A DNA stretch of 64,000 nt from an uncultured Actinomycetota bacterium (GTDB lineage Bacteria; Actinomycetota; Acidimicrobiia; Spongiisociales; UBA5794). Made by a program: the position numbers and the translations under genes. The notes under the pieces were generated by a model. The model ran no database searches and was not told where the DNA came from. It worked only from the letters and a program-made list of their open reading frames with translations. How positions within the stretch are numbered: position 1 is the stretch's first letter; each line of letters begins with the position of its first letter. Positions 1 through 9,537 of the stretch are shown here, piece by piece. The stretch spans positions 91,817-155,816 of the forward strand of contig CAVOXF010000001.1 of assembly GCA_963700375.1 (NCBI GenBank). Direction: 5' to 3'.

Positions 1-1046
1 GCCGGCCATACCTCGCCCAAACGCTCAGGGCGATCGCTGCGCACGGCCGCGACTCGTTCTACCTCGGGGACGTCGGCGCCGGAATCATCGGCGCAACCGG
101 CGGGGTCGTCGTCCGTGAAGACCTCGAGCGCCTGCAGGCGGTGTGGGTCGAACCCGCGTCGGCGGAGATCTTCGGGGTCACGGCGTGGACCGTACCGCCG
201 AACAGTCAGGGGTGGCTCACCCTCGCCACTCTCCGGATCTTCGAGATGCTCGCCCCGCCTCGAGATCCATCTGATCCGGCGTTCCAGCATGCGCTGATCG
301 AGGCCTATCGATCGGTGGCATGGGAGCGGGACGACACGACATCGGATCCCGACTCGGCGCCGTTCTCTCCGGAGCAACTCCTGGACCCCGAGCGGCTGGC
401 GGGCCGCGCGAGCGAAGTCGACCCTCGTCGGGCCCGAGGGTGGCCGTCGACATCTCCGGCGCCCGGCGGGACGGCGTACCTCACGACCCGAGATCACGAC
501 GGCATGGTCGTGTCGTTCATCCAGTCGAACTTCTGGGGCATCGGCAGCGGGTTCTCCGCCGGAGCCACAGGCGTCTGGCTCCACAACCGGGGCGCGGGCT
601 TCGACCTCCGCCCCGGGCACCCCAACGAACTCGCCCCGGGGCGACGTCCGCTTCACACCCTCGCTCCGACGCTATGGACCAACGGCGGCCAGGTGCGTCT
701 CGTGCTCGGAACCCGTGGCGGCGATCAGCAGCCCCAGTTGCTCGCGCAGGTCGCGGCGAATCAATGGTGGGCCGGGCTCGACCCGGACCTTGCGCAGCGC
801 CAACCACGGTGGAAGATCGAAGCCAACACTTCCAGCGGGTTACCCGTCGTGCACTATGAGCCCCGGTACGCGCAGGAGACGATCGATGGTCTCAGCAGCC
901 TTGGGCACCGCCTCGAGACTGCCTCCGCCTGGGAAGCCGACTGGGGACCCGTGGCGACCATCAACGCCGGCGCCGCCGTCCGAGGGTGTGCCGATCCTCG
1001 TATCTCGACCGCTGCGGCCCTGTCATCCGGATCGTCATCCGGATGA
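1..1046 (+). CDS. ggt: gamma-glutamyltransferase (GGT), 5'-truncated by window edge
   Basis: ORF 141..1046 continues open to the window start. The translation carries GGT small-subunit hallmarks (TAYLTTRDHDGMVVSFIQSNFWGIGSGF, GHPNELAPGRRPLHTLAPT). Confidence 0.8.
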   Translation, partial: RPYLAQTLRAIAAHGRDSFYLGDVGAGIIGATGGVVVREDLERLQAVWVEPASAEIFGVTAWTVPPNSQGWLTLATLRIFEMLAPPRDPSDPAFQHALIEAYRSVAWERDDTTSDPDSAPFSPEQLLDPERLAGRASEVDPRRARGWPSTSPAPGGTAYLTTRDHDGMVVSFIQSNFWGIGSGFSAGATGVWLHNRGAGFDLRPGHPNELAPGRRPLHTLAPTLWTNGGQVRLVLGTRGGDQQPQLLAQVAANQWWAGLDPDLAQRQPRWKIEANTSSGLPVVHYEPRYAQETIDGLSSLGHRLETASAWEADWGPVATINAGAAVRGCADPRISTAAALSSGSSSG

Positions 1047-1054
1047 CGATCCGG
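1027..1054. terminator. 28-bp perfect palindrome CCGGATCGTCATCCGGATGACGATCCGG spanning the ggt stop codon; likely terminator hairpin or regulatory palindrome
   Basis: Read directly from the sequence: the 28-mer equals its own reverse complement (12-bp stem, CCGG loop). The ggt TGA stop lies at 1044-1046, inside it. Confidence 0.45.
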
Positions 1055-1247
1055 AGTCGTCGGCCACAAATCCGGGGCCTCGCATTGCCGGCTGCCAAAT
1101 ACTGGCACGGTCGGGCTTGCCGTATGCCGACCTCGCCGATAGCCTGACCTGACAGAAGACGGGTGAGCGCTGTCCCCGTCCCCGGCTGGGGGGTCCGGTG
1201 ACGATTGATGGTCTCCCCAAGTCAACAAGAGGCGGAGCATCTCCACC

Positions 1248-2375
1248 GTGCGATCTCGCATCCCACTCGTACTCGCGGGACTCCTGATCATCGCACTTAT
1301 TGCGACGATCGGGCTTGCCGCGTTCACCCCGGGAAGTACCGCCTCCGCACCCGAGAGCAGCCCGGTCGAGACGCTCGACATGGACCTGCCGATCTCCGGT
1401 CGTGTCGCCTCCGCAGTCCTCGCACTGGCCGTGGTTCCCGTACGCGACGCAGACCTTGCGACGTCGACCACACTCGCGGTGGCCGAACCAGCGCCTGACA
1501 CCACCGGCTCGGAGGACGCGGCCGAATCGACAACCGTCGCACCTGACCCCACAACCTCGTCGAGCACGACGCAGCCCGAGACCACCACTACGACAGCCGA
1601 AGCGGTCGCAGCGCAGACGGCGCCGACAGACACCACTCCCCCGGCGCTCCAGATCGTCTACCCCAAAGACGGAGCGACCGTGACCAGCCGGGTCGTCGAG
1701 TTCCGCGGCGTGACCGAGCGAGGGGCATCCGTGGCCTCCGGTCCGTACGATGCCGATACCGACGGCGACGGCGACTGGGCGCTCAACCTGGTGCTCGCGT
1801 CGGGAGCGAACGGCGCCGCCTTCACCGCCCGCGATGCCGCCGGGAACGAAACGACAGTCCGCATCGTCGTCAACTACGACCCGCCAGAGTCCACCACGAC
1901 GACCACAAAGGCTGCGTCGACAACTACGAAACCACCGTCCGGGGAGACCACGACGACAAAGGCGCCGTCGACGACAACCACAACCAAGGCGCCGTCGAGC
2001 GGCTACTCGCCCCAATGGCCCGCCGATTCCGGTGGTAGCCGAGACGTTGAATCCTGGCGAGCTGACGTTGCCCGTCACTGGGATGCCAACAAGGTCGACT
2101 GCGTCCTCGGCCTCATCAAGCTCGAGTCCGGAGGAAACCCGGCCGCGTCGAACGGCGGCCGGTACCTCGGACTGCTGCAGCATTCCTCCAACTACTGGGC
2201 GAGCCGCGCGAAGGGCGCCGGTTTCGTCGACAGCGCGGGACTCGTCGCGAGCCCATTCAACGGAGAGGCGAACATCGCCGCGGGCGCGTACCTCGCTGGC
2301 TACTACGAACGGGTCGGCAAGGACTGGCGTACCCCATGGACCGTGTGGCGCGATGTGCCGGCCTGCGGCGGTTGA
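1248..2375 (+). CDS. secreted, membrane-anchored lytic transglycosylase (SLT domain) with Pro/Thr-rich linker
   Basis: GTG start. It has an N-terminal hydrophobic signal anchor (PLVLAGLLIIALIATIGLAAF) and T/P-rich low-complexity linkers. The C-terminus carries the SLT motif ...LESGGNPAASNGGRYLGLLQ...AYLAGYY. Confidence 0.65.
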   Translation: MRSRIPLVLAGLLIIALIATIGLAAFTPGSTASAPESSPVETLDMDLPISGRVASAVLALAVVPVRDADLATSTTLAVAEPAPDTTGSEDAAESTTVAPDPTTSSSTTQPETTTTTAEAVAAQTAPTDTTPPALQIVYPKDGATVTSRVVEFRGVTERGASVASGPYDADTDGDGDWALNLVLASGANGAAFTARDAAGNETTVRIVVNYDPPESTTTTTKAASTTTKPPSGETTTTKAPSTTTTTKAPSSGYSPQWPADSGGSRDVESWRADVARHWDANKVDCVLGLIKLESGGNPAASNGGRYLGLLQHSSNYWASRAKGAGFVDSAGLVASPFNGEANIAAGAYLAGYYERVGKDWRTPWTVWRDVPACGG

Positions 2376-2397
2376 CACTCGCGATAGAATCCTGCAC

Positions 2398-2733
2398 ATG
2401 AACCAGCCACTCAAACAATTCCTCCGAGTCGGAGGTGTCGTCATCGGTCTCGGGGCAGCAGTGTGGGCGCTTCGCGACAAGCTCCTCCCCGCACCTTCGA
2501 TCCCGGATGAGCCGCCTCCGCGATTCCGTACAAACGTACCGAGTCCGGTTGTTGGCGACGACCTCACCGAGGTGAAGGGCATCGGCCCCGTCTACGCAGA
2601 GCGCCTCGTGGATGCGGGGATCACGTCGTTCGCGGAGTTGGCCAACGCCGACGTTGCCGCGGTCGCCGGGGCAGCCGGCGTTTCTGAATCCACAGCCGGA
2701 TCATGGTTGGAGCAAGCCGCCTCTCACACGTGA
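2398..2733 (+). CDS. small membrane-anchored helix-hairpin-helix (HhH) protein
   Basis: ATG at 2398 sits in the frame of ORF 1750..2733. One TM segment (GVVIGLGAAVWAL) precedes an HhH motif (LTEVKGIGPVYAERLVDAGITSFAELA). Its stop overlaps the rlmN start (GTGA). Confidence 0.45.
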   Translation: MNQPLKQFLRVGGVVIGLGAAVWALRDKLLPAPSIPDEPPPRFRTNVPSPVVGDDLTEVKGIGPVYAERLVDAGITSFAELANADVAAVAGAAGVSESTAGSWLEQAASHT

Positions 2734-3770
2734 GCGGCACCTCTCCATATCTGATACCACCGGAGGATCTCGCGTCGCTGCTCGGCGACGAACCCGCGTT
2801 CCGCGCGTCACAACTCCACGACTGGCTCTATCGCCAACCGGTGCTGACGACCGACGACATGACCAATCTGCCGGCGTCGCTCCGGGAGTCGATCGGCGAC
2901 ACGCTTTGGCCGTTCAAGGTAGAGGTCGACCAAAGCGCCGACAACGGACGTACCCGCAAGTGGCTGTTTCGGGCTCCCGACGGCGCCGCGATCGAGGCAG
3001 TCCTCATGGGGTACCCGCGCCGAACGACACTGTGCATCTCCTCGCAGGTCGGCTGCGCGATGGGTTGCACGTTCTGCGCCACCGGGCAGTTCGGATTCGA
3101 CCGGCATCTCGACGCCGGTGAGATGTTCGCACAGGTCGCGTACGCCAATGCGTACCTGCGCCGCTACCCGATTCAGGGATGCCCCGACCATGTCACCAAC
3201 GTCGTCTATATGGGGATGGGCGAGCCGCTCGCCAACTACGATCGGGTGCGGGAATCCCTGCGCCTTCTGATCGACGTGGCCGGCATGTCGGCGCGCTCGA
3301 TTACGGTGTCGACCGTCGGGGTAGTGCCCGGCATGCTGCGACTCGCTGAGGAACCCTGGCCGGTGTACTTGGCGGTCAGCCTTCACGGAGCGGACGACGA
3401 GACCCGTTCCCGCCTCGTTCCCCTCAACGATCGGTACCCGATCGATGCGGTGCTCGGGGCGGCCGAGACCTACTTCGCTGCCAAGGGCCGTCGCCTCTCG
3501 ATCGAGTGGACCCTCATCGACGGGGCCAACGACAGCGACCATCAGGCCCACCTGCTCGCCGACATCGCTCGCCGCCTCCGGGCGCACGTCAACGTCATCC
3601 CGCTGAACCCGACTCCCCTCAGCCCTGACCGACCCGCCGGGGCGGACCGCATCCATGGCTTCGTCGCCACGCTGCTGGCCAGCGGCGCCAACGCGACGCT
3701 GCGAGAAACGCGGGGACGGGAGATCGACGCCGCCTGCGGACAGCTCCGACTGCGGCGGGCCACCGAGTAG
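2730..3770 (+). CDS. rlmN: 23S rRNA (adenine2503-C2)/tRNA methyltransferase RlmN, radical SAM
   Basis: CxxxCxxC radical-SAM motif (CAMGCTFCATGQ) and the RlmN N-terminal region (FRASQLHDWLY) are present. The start is either GTG 2730 or ATG 2703. Confidence 0.88.
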   Translation: MSGTSPYLIPPEDLASLLGDEPAFRASQLHDWLYRQPVLTTDDMTNLPASLRESIGDTLWPFKVEVDQSADNGRTRKWLFRAPDGAAIEAVLMGYPRRTTLCISSQVGCAMGCTFCATGQFGFDRHLDAGEMFAQVAYANAYLRRYPIQGCPDHVTNVVYMGMGEPLANYDRVRESLRLLIDVAGMSARSITVSTVGVVPGMLRLAEEPWPVYLAVSLHGADDETRSRLVPLNDRYPIDAVLGAAETYFAAKGRRLSIEWTLIDGANDSDHQAHLLADIARRLRAHVNVIPLNPTPLSPDRPAGADRIHGFVATLLASGANATLRETRGREIDAACGQLRLRRATE

Positions 3771-3797
3771 CCTCCGCTGTGCAAGGAAGGGACACCA

Positions 3798-4262
3798 ATG
3801 CGACTCGAGACAGGACAACCGGCGCCGCCGTTCAGCGGGGTCGACCACGACGGCAGAGCGCTGACCAGCGACGACTTCGCGGGTCGGCGCCTGGTCGTGT
3901 ACTTCTATCCGAATGCGTTCACACCTGGATGCACGACCGAGTCGTGCGATTTTCGCGACCGCTACCAGACCTTTGCTGATGCCGGATATGAGATCGTCGG
4001 GGTGAGTCCGAACGAACCCGACGAGCTCGCTCGGTTCCGGGCGGAATATGATCTGCCGTTCCCCCTCATCTCGGATCCGGACCATGTGATCGCCGACGCA
4101 TACGGCGCCTGGGGCATCAAGAAGAACTATGGCCGCGAGTACGAGGGCCTCATTCGTTCCACGATCGTCGTCGACGAGCACGGAGCCGTCGAGCATGCGT
4201 GGTACAACATCAAGGCGACGGGTCACGCGCAGCGGGTGGTCGGATCGGTCGTGGGCGCATGA
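3798..4262 (+). CDS. bcp: thioredoxin-dependent thiol peroxidase (peroxiredoxin Bcp)
   Basis: Peroxiredoxin motif VVYFYPNAFTPGCTTE at 154 aa, which is typical Bcp length. Confidence 0.88.
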   Translation: MRLETGQPAPPFSGVDHDGRALTSDDFAGRRLVVYFYPNAFTPGCTTESCDFRDRYQTFADAGYEIVGVSPNEPDELARFRAEYDLPFPLISDPDHVIADAYGAWGIKKNYGREYEGLIRSTIVVDEHGAVEHAWYNIKATGHAQRVVGSVVGA

Positions 4263-5125
4263 GCGTTCGCACGGCCGTCTTCCCGGTCGCCGGACTCGGG
4301 ACGCGATTCCTCCCCGCCACCAAGGCGGTGCCGAAAGAGATGCTCCCGGTCGTCGACAAGCCACTGATTCAATACGCGGTCGAAGAAGCTCGCGATGCCG
4401 GCATCGAGAACTTCGTCTTCATCACGGCCCACGGAAAGGTCGCGATCGAGAACCACTTCGACCGCGACATGGATCTCGAGCACTACCTCGCCGCCCGCGG
4501 TCAAGACGATCTACTGGACCTCGTCCAGATCGACGGCACCGTTCCAGGTCGAATCTCCTACGTCCGGCAGGTCGAGGCACTCGGACTGGGGCACGCGGTC
4601 TGGTGCGCCAGGAACCTGATCGGGAACGAGCCCTTCGCCGTGCTGCTCGCGGACGAACTCCTTCGGGGCGATCGGCCGCCCCTCAAAGACCTCATCGACG
4701 TTCATGAGCGAACCGGCGGGAACGTGATCTCCGTCATGGAGGTCCCCGCCGACGAGACAGGGTCGTACGGCATTGTGGCTCCGGGAGTGATCGACGGAGG
4801 CGTGATCGAAGTCAAGGGCCTCGTCGAGAAGCCGGACCCGGCCGACGCCCCATCGCGATACGCAGCGATCGGCCGCTACATCCTCGAGCCCCGCGTGATG
4901 GACATCCTGTCGCTTGGCTACACGGGCGCGGGAGGAGAGATCCAACTCACCGATGCGTTGGCGCGACTGATCGGAGGGGCGCCGTTCCACGCGGTCGTCC
5001 ACGAAGGCGAGCGCTACGACTGCGGGAACAAGGTCGGCTTCCTCAGAGCGAACGTCGCGCTGGCACTCGAACGTGACGACCTCGGCGGCGACGTGGAAGC
5101 GACTATCCGCGAACTCCTCAGCTAG
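4259..5125 (+). CDS. galU: UTP--glucose-1-phosphate uridylyltransferase
   Basis: GalU N-terminus MSVRTAVFPVAGLGTRFLPATKAVPKEMLPVVDKP. The ATG at 4259 overlaps the bcp stop. Confidence 0.88.
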   Translation: MSVRTAVFPVAGLGTRFLPATKAVPKEMLPVVDKPLIQYAVEEARDAGIENFVFITAHGKVAIENHFDRDMDLEHYLAARGQDDLLDLVQIDGTVPGRISYVRQVEALGLGHAVWCARNLIGNEPFAVLLADELLRGDRPPLKDLIDVHERTGGNVISVMEVPADETGSYGIVAPGVIDGGVIEVKGLVEKPDPADAPSRYAAIGRYILEPRVMDILSLGYTGAGGEIQLTDALARLIGGAPFHAVVHEGERYDCGNKVGFLRANVALALERDDLGGDVEATIRELLS

Positions 5126-5255
5126 CGCTGCGAACCCAGGGTTCTCCGCATCGCATTTGGCGCCGACAGCCCGCGGAATGGCCGCCGACGATTCGCATCA
5201 CCATTCTGTGGGCCCACGGCGCCACATAGAAAGCCGAGAACCCTGGGTTCGCAGC
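5126..5255. mobile_element. MITE-like palindromic intergenic element, copy A: 20-bp perfect terminal inverted repeats GCTGCGAACCCAGGGTTCTC / GAGAACCCTGGGTTCGCAGC around a ~90-nt core
   Basis: Read from the sequence. The element starts at the first base after the galU TAG. Its inverted termini are identical to those of copy B at 29806..29925, and the internal cores are about 70% identical. Confidence 0.6.
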
Positions 5256-5289
5256 ATCGCATTTGGCGCCGACAGCCCGCGGAATGGCC
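5256..5289. repeat. 34-nt exact direct duplication of the copy-A core segment found at 5150..5183
   Basis: ATCGCATTTGGCGCCGACAGCCCGCGGAATGGCC occurs at 5150-5183, inside the element. It occurs again at 5256-5289, immediately after the right inverted repeat. Confidence 0.7.
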
Positions 5290-5354
5290 GGGCGAGCACC
5301 GTGCGTTCGCGGATCTGCGAGAATCGAAGTCAACCCCGTCCCCTGGAGGAGTCG

Positions 5355-6431
5355 ATGTCGAAGCTGAAAGAACTCGGAGCAGCAGGTCAGAGCGTGTGGC
5401 TCGACTTCATTCGTCGTGACATGGTGTCGAACGGCGACCTCGCCGCCCTCATCGACGAGGGTGTGACCGGCGTCACGTCGAACCCGTCCATCTTCGAAGC
5501 GGCCATCGCCGGTTCCGACCTCTACGACGAGACGATCGCCGCCACCGACGGCGATCCCCAGGCCGTTTTCGAGTCGCTGGCCATCGCCGACGTGCAAGGA
5601 GCGGCCGACCTGCTGCGCGGCGTGTACGACGCGACGGACGGCCTCGACGGCTACGTCAGCCTCGAGGTGTCCCCCACCCTCGCCGACGACGCCGAGGGAA
5701 CCATCGCCGACGCCCGCCGCCTCTGGGATCGCGTGAACCGCCCCAACCTCATGATCAAGGTCCCGGCCACACCTGCCGGAATCATCGCCATCGAAGAGAT
5801 CATCGCGGCAGGTATCAACGTCAACGCCACACTGATGTTCAGCCTCGAGGACTACGAGAACGTCGCCATGGCATACGTGCGAGGCGCCGAACGCACCCAC
5901 GTCCCCGAGCGAATCGCTTCGGTCGCCTCATTCTTCGTGAGCCGCGTTGACAACACGATCGATGCCGCGCTCGACGGCATCGGATCCGACGAAGCCCTCG
6001 CCCTCCGAGGGATCGCCGCGGTGGCGAACGCCAAGCTCGCCTATCGCCGCTACGAGGAGATCTTTGAAGGTGAGCCGTTCGCCGTCGCACGCGCACGCGG
6101 CGCCCGCCCGCAGCGCGCACTGTGGGCCTCGACCTCGACCAAGAACCCCGCATACTCGGACGTCCTCTACGTCGATGAACTCATCGGCCCCAACACGGTG
6201 AACACCATCCCGCCCGCGACCATCGACGCATTCCGCGATCACGGAACAATCGACGCGACGGCGCTGACCACCGGCGTCGAAGAGGCCGGGGCACACTTCG
6301 AGCAGCTCGCCGCACTCGGCGTCGACGTCGACGGGATCACGGCACAGCTTCAGGTCGACGGTGTCGCTTCGTTCGCCAAGGCATTCGAGGGGCTTCTCGC
6401 AGCGATCGAAACGCAGCAAGGCCGGTCATGA
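5355..6431 (+). CDS. tal: transaldolase
   Basis: MSKLKELGAAGQSVWLDFIRRD...TGVTSNPSIFEAAIAG is a transaldolase signature. The SD GGAGGA sits upstream of the ATG at 5355. Confidence 0.9.
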   Translation: MSKLKELGAAGQSVWLDFIRRDMVSNGDLAALIDEGVTGVTSNPSIFEAAIAGSDLYDETIAATDGDPQAVFESLAIADVQGAADLLRGVYDATDGLDGYVSLEVSPTLADDAEGTIADARRLWDRVNRPNLMIKVPATPAGIIAIEEIIAAGINVNATLMFSLEDYENVAMAYVRGAERTHVPERIASVASFFVSRVDNTIDAALDGIGSDEALALRGIAAVANAKLAYRRYEEIFEGEPFAVARARGARPQRALWASTSTKNPAYSDVLYVDELIGPNTVNTIPPATIDAFRDHGTIDATALTTGVEEAGAHFEQLAALGVDVDGITAQLQVDGVASFAKAFEGLLAAIETQQGRS

Positions 6432-8032
6432 CCGTCAGCGTCGCGATCGACGCCGGCGAACTCCAGCCTGCGATCGACGCCAGGCTCGAGTCCTGGAACG
6501 AGTCGGGCTTCGGCGCCCGTCTGTGGGACCGCGACCCGACCCTTTGGTTCGACCCGCCTCGAGACGAGATCTCCAACCGTCTCGGCTGGCTGATGCCCGG
6601 CGGCCGAGAAGGCCTCGCGCCGATCGAGTCTTTCGCTGCCGCGGCCGTTGCCGAGGGCGTGACAGATGTCGTGCTGCTCGGCATGGGTGGTTCGAGCCTC
6701 GCTCCCGAGGTCTTCGCATCCGTATTCAGCGACACCGGTGGACCGAACCTGACCGTTCTCGATTCGACCCATCCCGACTCGGTCAAGCGCGTGGCCGACG
6801 CGGTTGACCCGGCAACCACGCTGTACATCGTGGCTTCCAAGTCGGGCGGAACGCTCGAAACGCTCTCGTTCTTCCGGTACATGTGGTCTCGGGTGAGTGA
6901 CGTCGTTGAGGATCCCGGCAGCCGGTTCGTGGCGATCACGGACCCGGACTCGTCCCTCGCCGAACTTGCACAGGAACGCGGCTTCCGGGCGGTCTTCCTT
7001 GCGCCCCCGGACGTGGGCGGCCGGTTCTCGGCACTCATCGAGTTTGGACTGGTCCCGGCCGCGCTCATCGGCGTCGACGTGGCGCGCCTCCTGGCAGCGA
7101 CGGACGTTGCAGCGGTTGCCTGCGGACCGGACGTTCCCGCCGACCAGAATCCCGCGCTGCGCCTCGGTGCAACGCTCGGTGAGTTCGGCCTCGCCGGGCG
7201 CGACAAGGTGGTGTTCGAACCACAGCCACCGTTCGGTGCGTTCCCGGCGTGGATCGAGCAACTCATTGCCGAGTCACTCGGGAAGGATGGCCGAGGGATC
7301 CTGCCCGTCACCGACGGTACCCCGCCACCCGCCAGCGACCGGTTGCCGTTCGTCATCGGACTGGAGGGAGCCGAATCGAGCCAGCAGCCATCGGTCACCA
7401 TGACTCTGGACGATGCCTACGACCTAGGCGCAGCGATGTACATTCTCGAGATGGCGACGGCCGCCGCCGGCGCGGTGATCGAGGTGCATCCGTTCGATCA
7501 GCCTGACGTGCAACTCGCGAAGTCGCTCGCCCACGCCGCTATGACCGATGGCATCGAAGGTTTTGAGGTCGACGAGTGGTCGCTGGACTCGGACGAAACG
7601 GCCGACCGCCTCAAGATCCTCCTTTCGGCCGCCGGGCCCGGCGATTACGTCGCAGTACAGGCGTACCTCCAGCCGAGCAGAGCCACGATTCAAGGACTCG
7701 GCGCACTCGCGGACGCAATCGCCGAGGGTACGGGCGCGATCGTCACGATCGGGATCGGCCCGAGGTTCCTCCACTCGACCGGCCAATTCCACAAGGGCGG
7801 ACCTGACGGGGGCGTGTTTCTCCAGATCGTCGATCACCCGAAGAACGACATCGGTGTGCCTGAAGCGGACTTCACCTTCGGCGAGTTGATCGCGGCACAG
7901 TCATTCGGCGACCAGGCAGCGCTCAAGGACCGCGGACGCCCTGTCGGCAGGGTGTGCCTCGGTGATGCCGGAGCAGCCGATCTCCCCCGCCTCAAGGCAG
8001 TGATCACAGCAGCGCTGGCCGAGCGCACGTAG
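6428..8032 (+). CDS. pgi: glucose-6-phosphate isomerase
   Basis: PGI family motifs (VVLLGMGGSSLAPEV, YIVASKSGGTLETLS). The start overlaps the tal stop (ATGA). Confidence 0.88.
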   Translation: MTVSVAIDAGELQPAIDARLESWNESGFGARLWDRDPTLWFDPPRDEISNRLGWLMPGGREGLAPIESFAAAAVAEGVTDVVLLGMGGSSLAPEVFASVFSDTGGPNLTVLDSTHPDSVKRVADAVDPATTLYIVASKSGGTLETLSFFRYMWSRVSDVVEDPGSRFVAITDPDSSLAELAQERGFRAVFLAPPDVGGRFSALIEFGLVPAALIGVDVARLLAATDVAAVACGPDVPADQNPALRLGATLGEFGLAGRDKVVFEPQPPFGAFPAWIEQLIAESLGKDGRGILPVTDGTPPPASDRLPFVIGLEGAESSQQPSVTMTLDDAYDLGAAMYILEMATAAAGAVIEVHPFDQPDVQLAKSLAHAAMTDGIEGFEVDEWSLDSDETADRLKILLSAAGPGDYVAVQAYLQPSRATIQGLGALADAIAEGTGAIVTIGIGPRFLHSTGQFHKGGPDGGVFLQIVDHPKNDIGVPEADFTFGELIAAQSFGDQAALKDRGRPVGRVCLGDAGAADLPRLKAVITAALAERT

Positions 8033-8067
8033 TCGCTGCGACCCCGGCGTCCGACAGCCCGGTCTGT

Positions 8068-8766
8068 CTAGAACGGCAGGCCGAGCGAGCGCGTCAGGAA
8101 CTCCATGTAACCGGCGGCGTTGCGACACATGCCCGCGTACTGCTCGAGGAAGTCCGGGGCGGTAACCGACTTGCGCGAGACCTTCGCAGAGGCGATGAAG
8201 TCTCTCCGCTTCAGGTCCTCGACATGTGGGTGATCGGGGTCGAAGCCGCGTGGCGGCCGCTTCAGAGATTCCCCCTCCTGCGTGAAGGTCGATACGAAGT
8301 CCGGATCTGTGGTGACGGCCGTCCACACCTTCGGCCGGTCCACGATCGCCTGCCGGATCAGCAGTGCCGACGGAGCATCAGGCCGCCAGAGCCCGATGCC
8401 GACGAAACTGCCGGTCGGGTCCAGGTGAAGGTAGAACCCGGGAGCGTGCGCGTCCTTGGCGGCCTCGTGGCGGAATTGGATCCCCATGTGTGTCTTGTAG
8501 GGCGTCTTGTCCTTCGAGAACCGGGTATCGCGGTGGATCCGGAACAGTGACCCGCCAACGGTGCGATCGTCAGCGACGAAGTGGGGGCTGATCTCGTGGA
8601 GGTAGGGCTCGAAGTCCCGGATGAACTGGAGACCCTCATCCTTGACATACCGGTCGTACCGGTCCCGATGTTCCGCAAACCACTCCCGGTTGTTGTTCTC
8701 ATCGAGATCGGTCAGGTACGTGAACAGGGCGGGGCGGAAGGAACGATCTGTTGGTGGCATGGCCAC
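8068..8766 (-). CDS. DUF2461 (TIGR02453) family protein
   Basis: Characteristic N-terminus FRPALFTYLTDLDENNNREWFAEHRDRY and the conserved SLFRIHRDTRFSKDKTPYK block. Confidence 0.7.
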   Translation of the reverse strand: MAMPPTDRSFRPALFTYLTDLDENNNREWFAEHRDRYDRYVKDEGLQFIRDFEPYLHEISPHFVADDRTVGGSLFRIHRDTRFSKDKTPYKTHMGIQFRHEAAKDAHAPGFYLHLDPTGSFVGIGLWRPDAPSALLIRQAIVDRPKVWTAVTTDPDFVSTFTQEGESLKRPPRGFDPDHPHVEDLKRRDFIASAKVSRKSVTAPDFLEQYAGMCRNAAGYMEFLTRSLGLPF

Positions 8767-8813
8767 AACCTATCAACCCAGGCGACGCCGCGGAAGAGGG
8801 TCGATTCTGCGCC

Positions 8814-9158
8814 TCATCCCGCCGGTGAACGGCGGTGGATCTCAATCGGCTGCGTCGTGATCAACCCATCGCCGGCAATGCCGACGAGGTGCGGCAGCAC
8901 GGCACCGATCTTCTCGGCCGTGTCGACGGCCTCTATGACGAGTGGCAGGTCCTCTGAGAGTCGCAACACGTGACTGGTGTGGAGAACCGCCGACCCGCCG
9001 TATCCGGCGACGCCCCGGATCACGGTCGCTCCCGATATGCCGGCGGACTGGAGGGCGGCAACGATGGCCTCGTCGAGCGGGTGGCCGTCGTAGCGGTCGC
9101 TCTCGCAGAAGTAGACACGGAGCAGGCGGCCGTCGGAGATGGTCTCCATGCGGTCCAT
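8814..9158 (-). CDS. DUF190 (PII-like) protein, crcB-associated
   Basis: LLRVYFCESDRYDGHPLDEAIV...VIRGVAGYGGS matches the DUF190 family. It lies immediately downstream of two crcB genes. The start is ATG 9158 or 9149. Confidence 0.7.
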   Translation of the reverse strand: MDRMETISDGRLLRVYFCESDRYDGHPLDEAIVAALQSAGISGATVIRGVAGYGGSAVLHTSHVLRLSEDLPLVIEAVDTAEKIGAVLPHLVGIAGDGLITTQPIEIHRRSPAG

Positions 9159-9159
9159 G

Positions 9160-9537
9160 CTAGAACCACTGACCGATCGCGAAGCCAATTCCTGCAAGGG
9201 CAACGCCCGCGATCAGCGGAACCGCCAGGTTCTCCGCTGCCCGGCGGAGTCCGATAGGACCACCCGATTCTGCAGCGAGCACGGTCTCGACCATCCACGT
9301 CGAGAACGTCGAGTACCCGCCAAGGAAGCCGACTCCGGCTGCCAACAGAACCGAGTCCGGCACGTCCCTGCCGGTGGCAATGCCCAGCAGCAGGCCGGCT
9401 CCGAACGCACCGGTGAGGTTGACCACGAGGGTACCGATCGGGAACGGAGCCTTCCGAAGCCGCTGCACAACCCCCGACACTCCGTACCGGGTGACGGCTC
9501 CGAGCGCACCGAAGGCACCGACAACCACCCACGTCAT
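9160..9537 (-). CDS. crcB: fluoride ion channel CrcB/Fluc subunit
   Basis: About 126 aa with four TM segments and the CrcB signature GALGAVTRY...GFLGGYSTFSTW. The ATG at 9537 is confirmed (CAT on the plus strand at 9535-9537). Confidence 0.85.
   Translation of the reverse strand: MTWVVVGAFGALGAVTRYGVSGVVQRLRKAPFPIGTLVVNLTGAFGAGLLLGIATGRDVPDSVLLAAGVGFLGGYSTFSTWMVETVLAAESGGPIGLRRAAENLAVPLIAGVALAGIGFAIGQWF

Noticed and set aside
2808-4364. 518-aa minus-strand ORF, plus other long antisense ORFs (1035..2582, 6337..7401, 37784..39103, 53253..54512, 59969..61720)
   Set aside because: Each lies antisense to a well-supported gene (rlmN/bcp, the SLT protein, pgi, the sigma/anti-sigma pair, NmrA-DUF2867, aceE). 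Their compositions are Arg/Gly/Pro-biased with no recognisable motifs.
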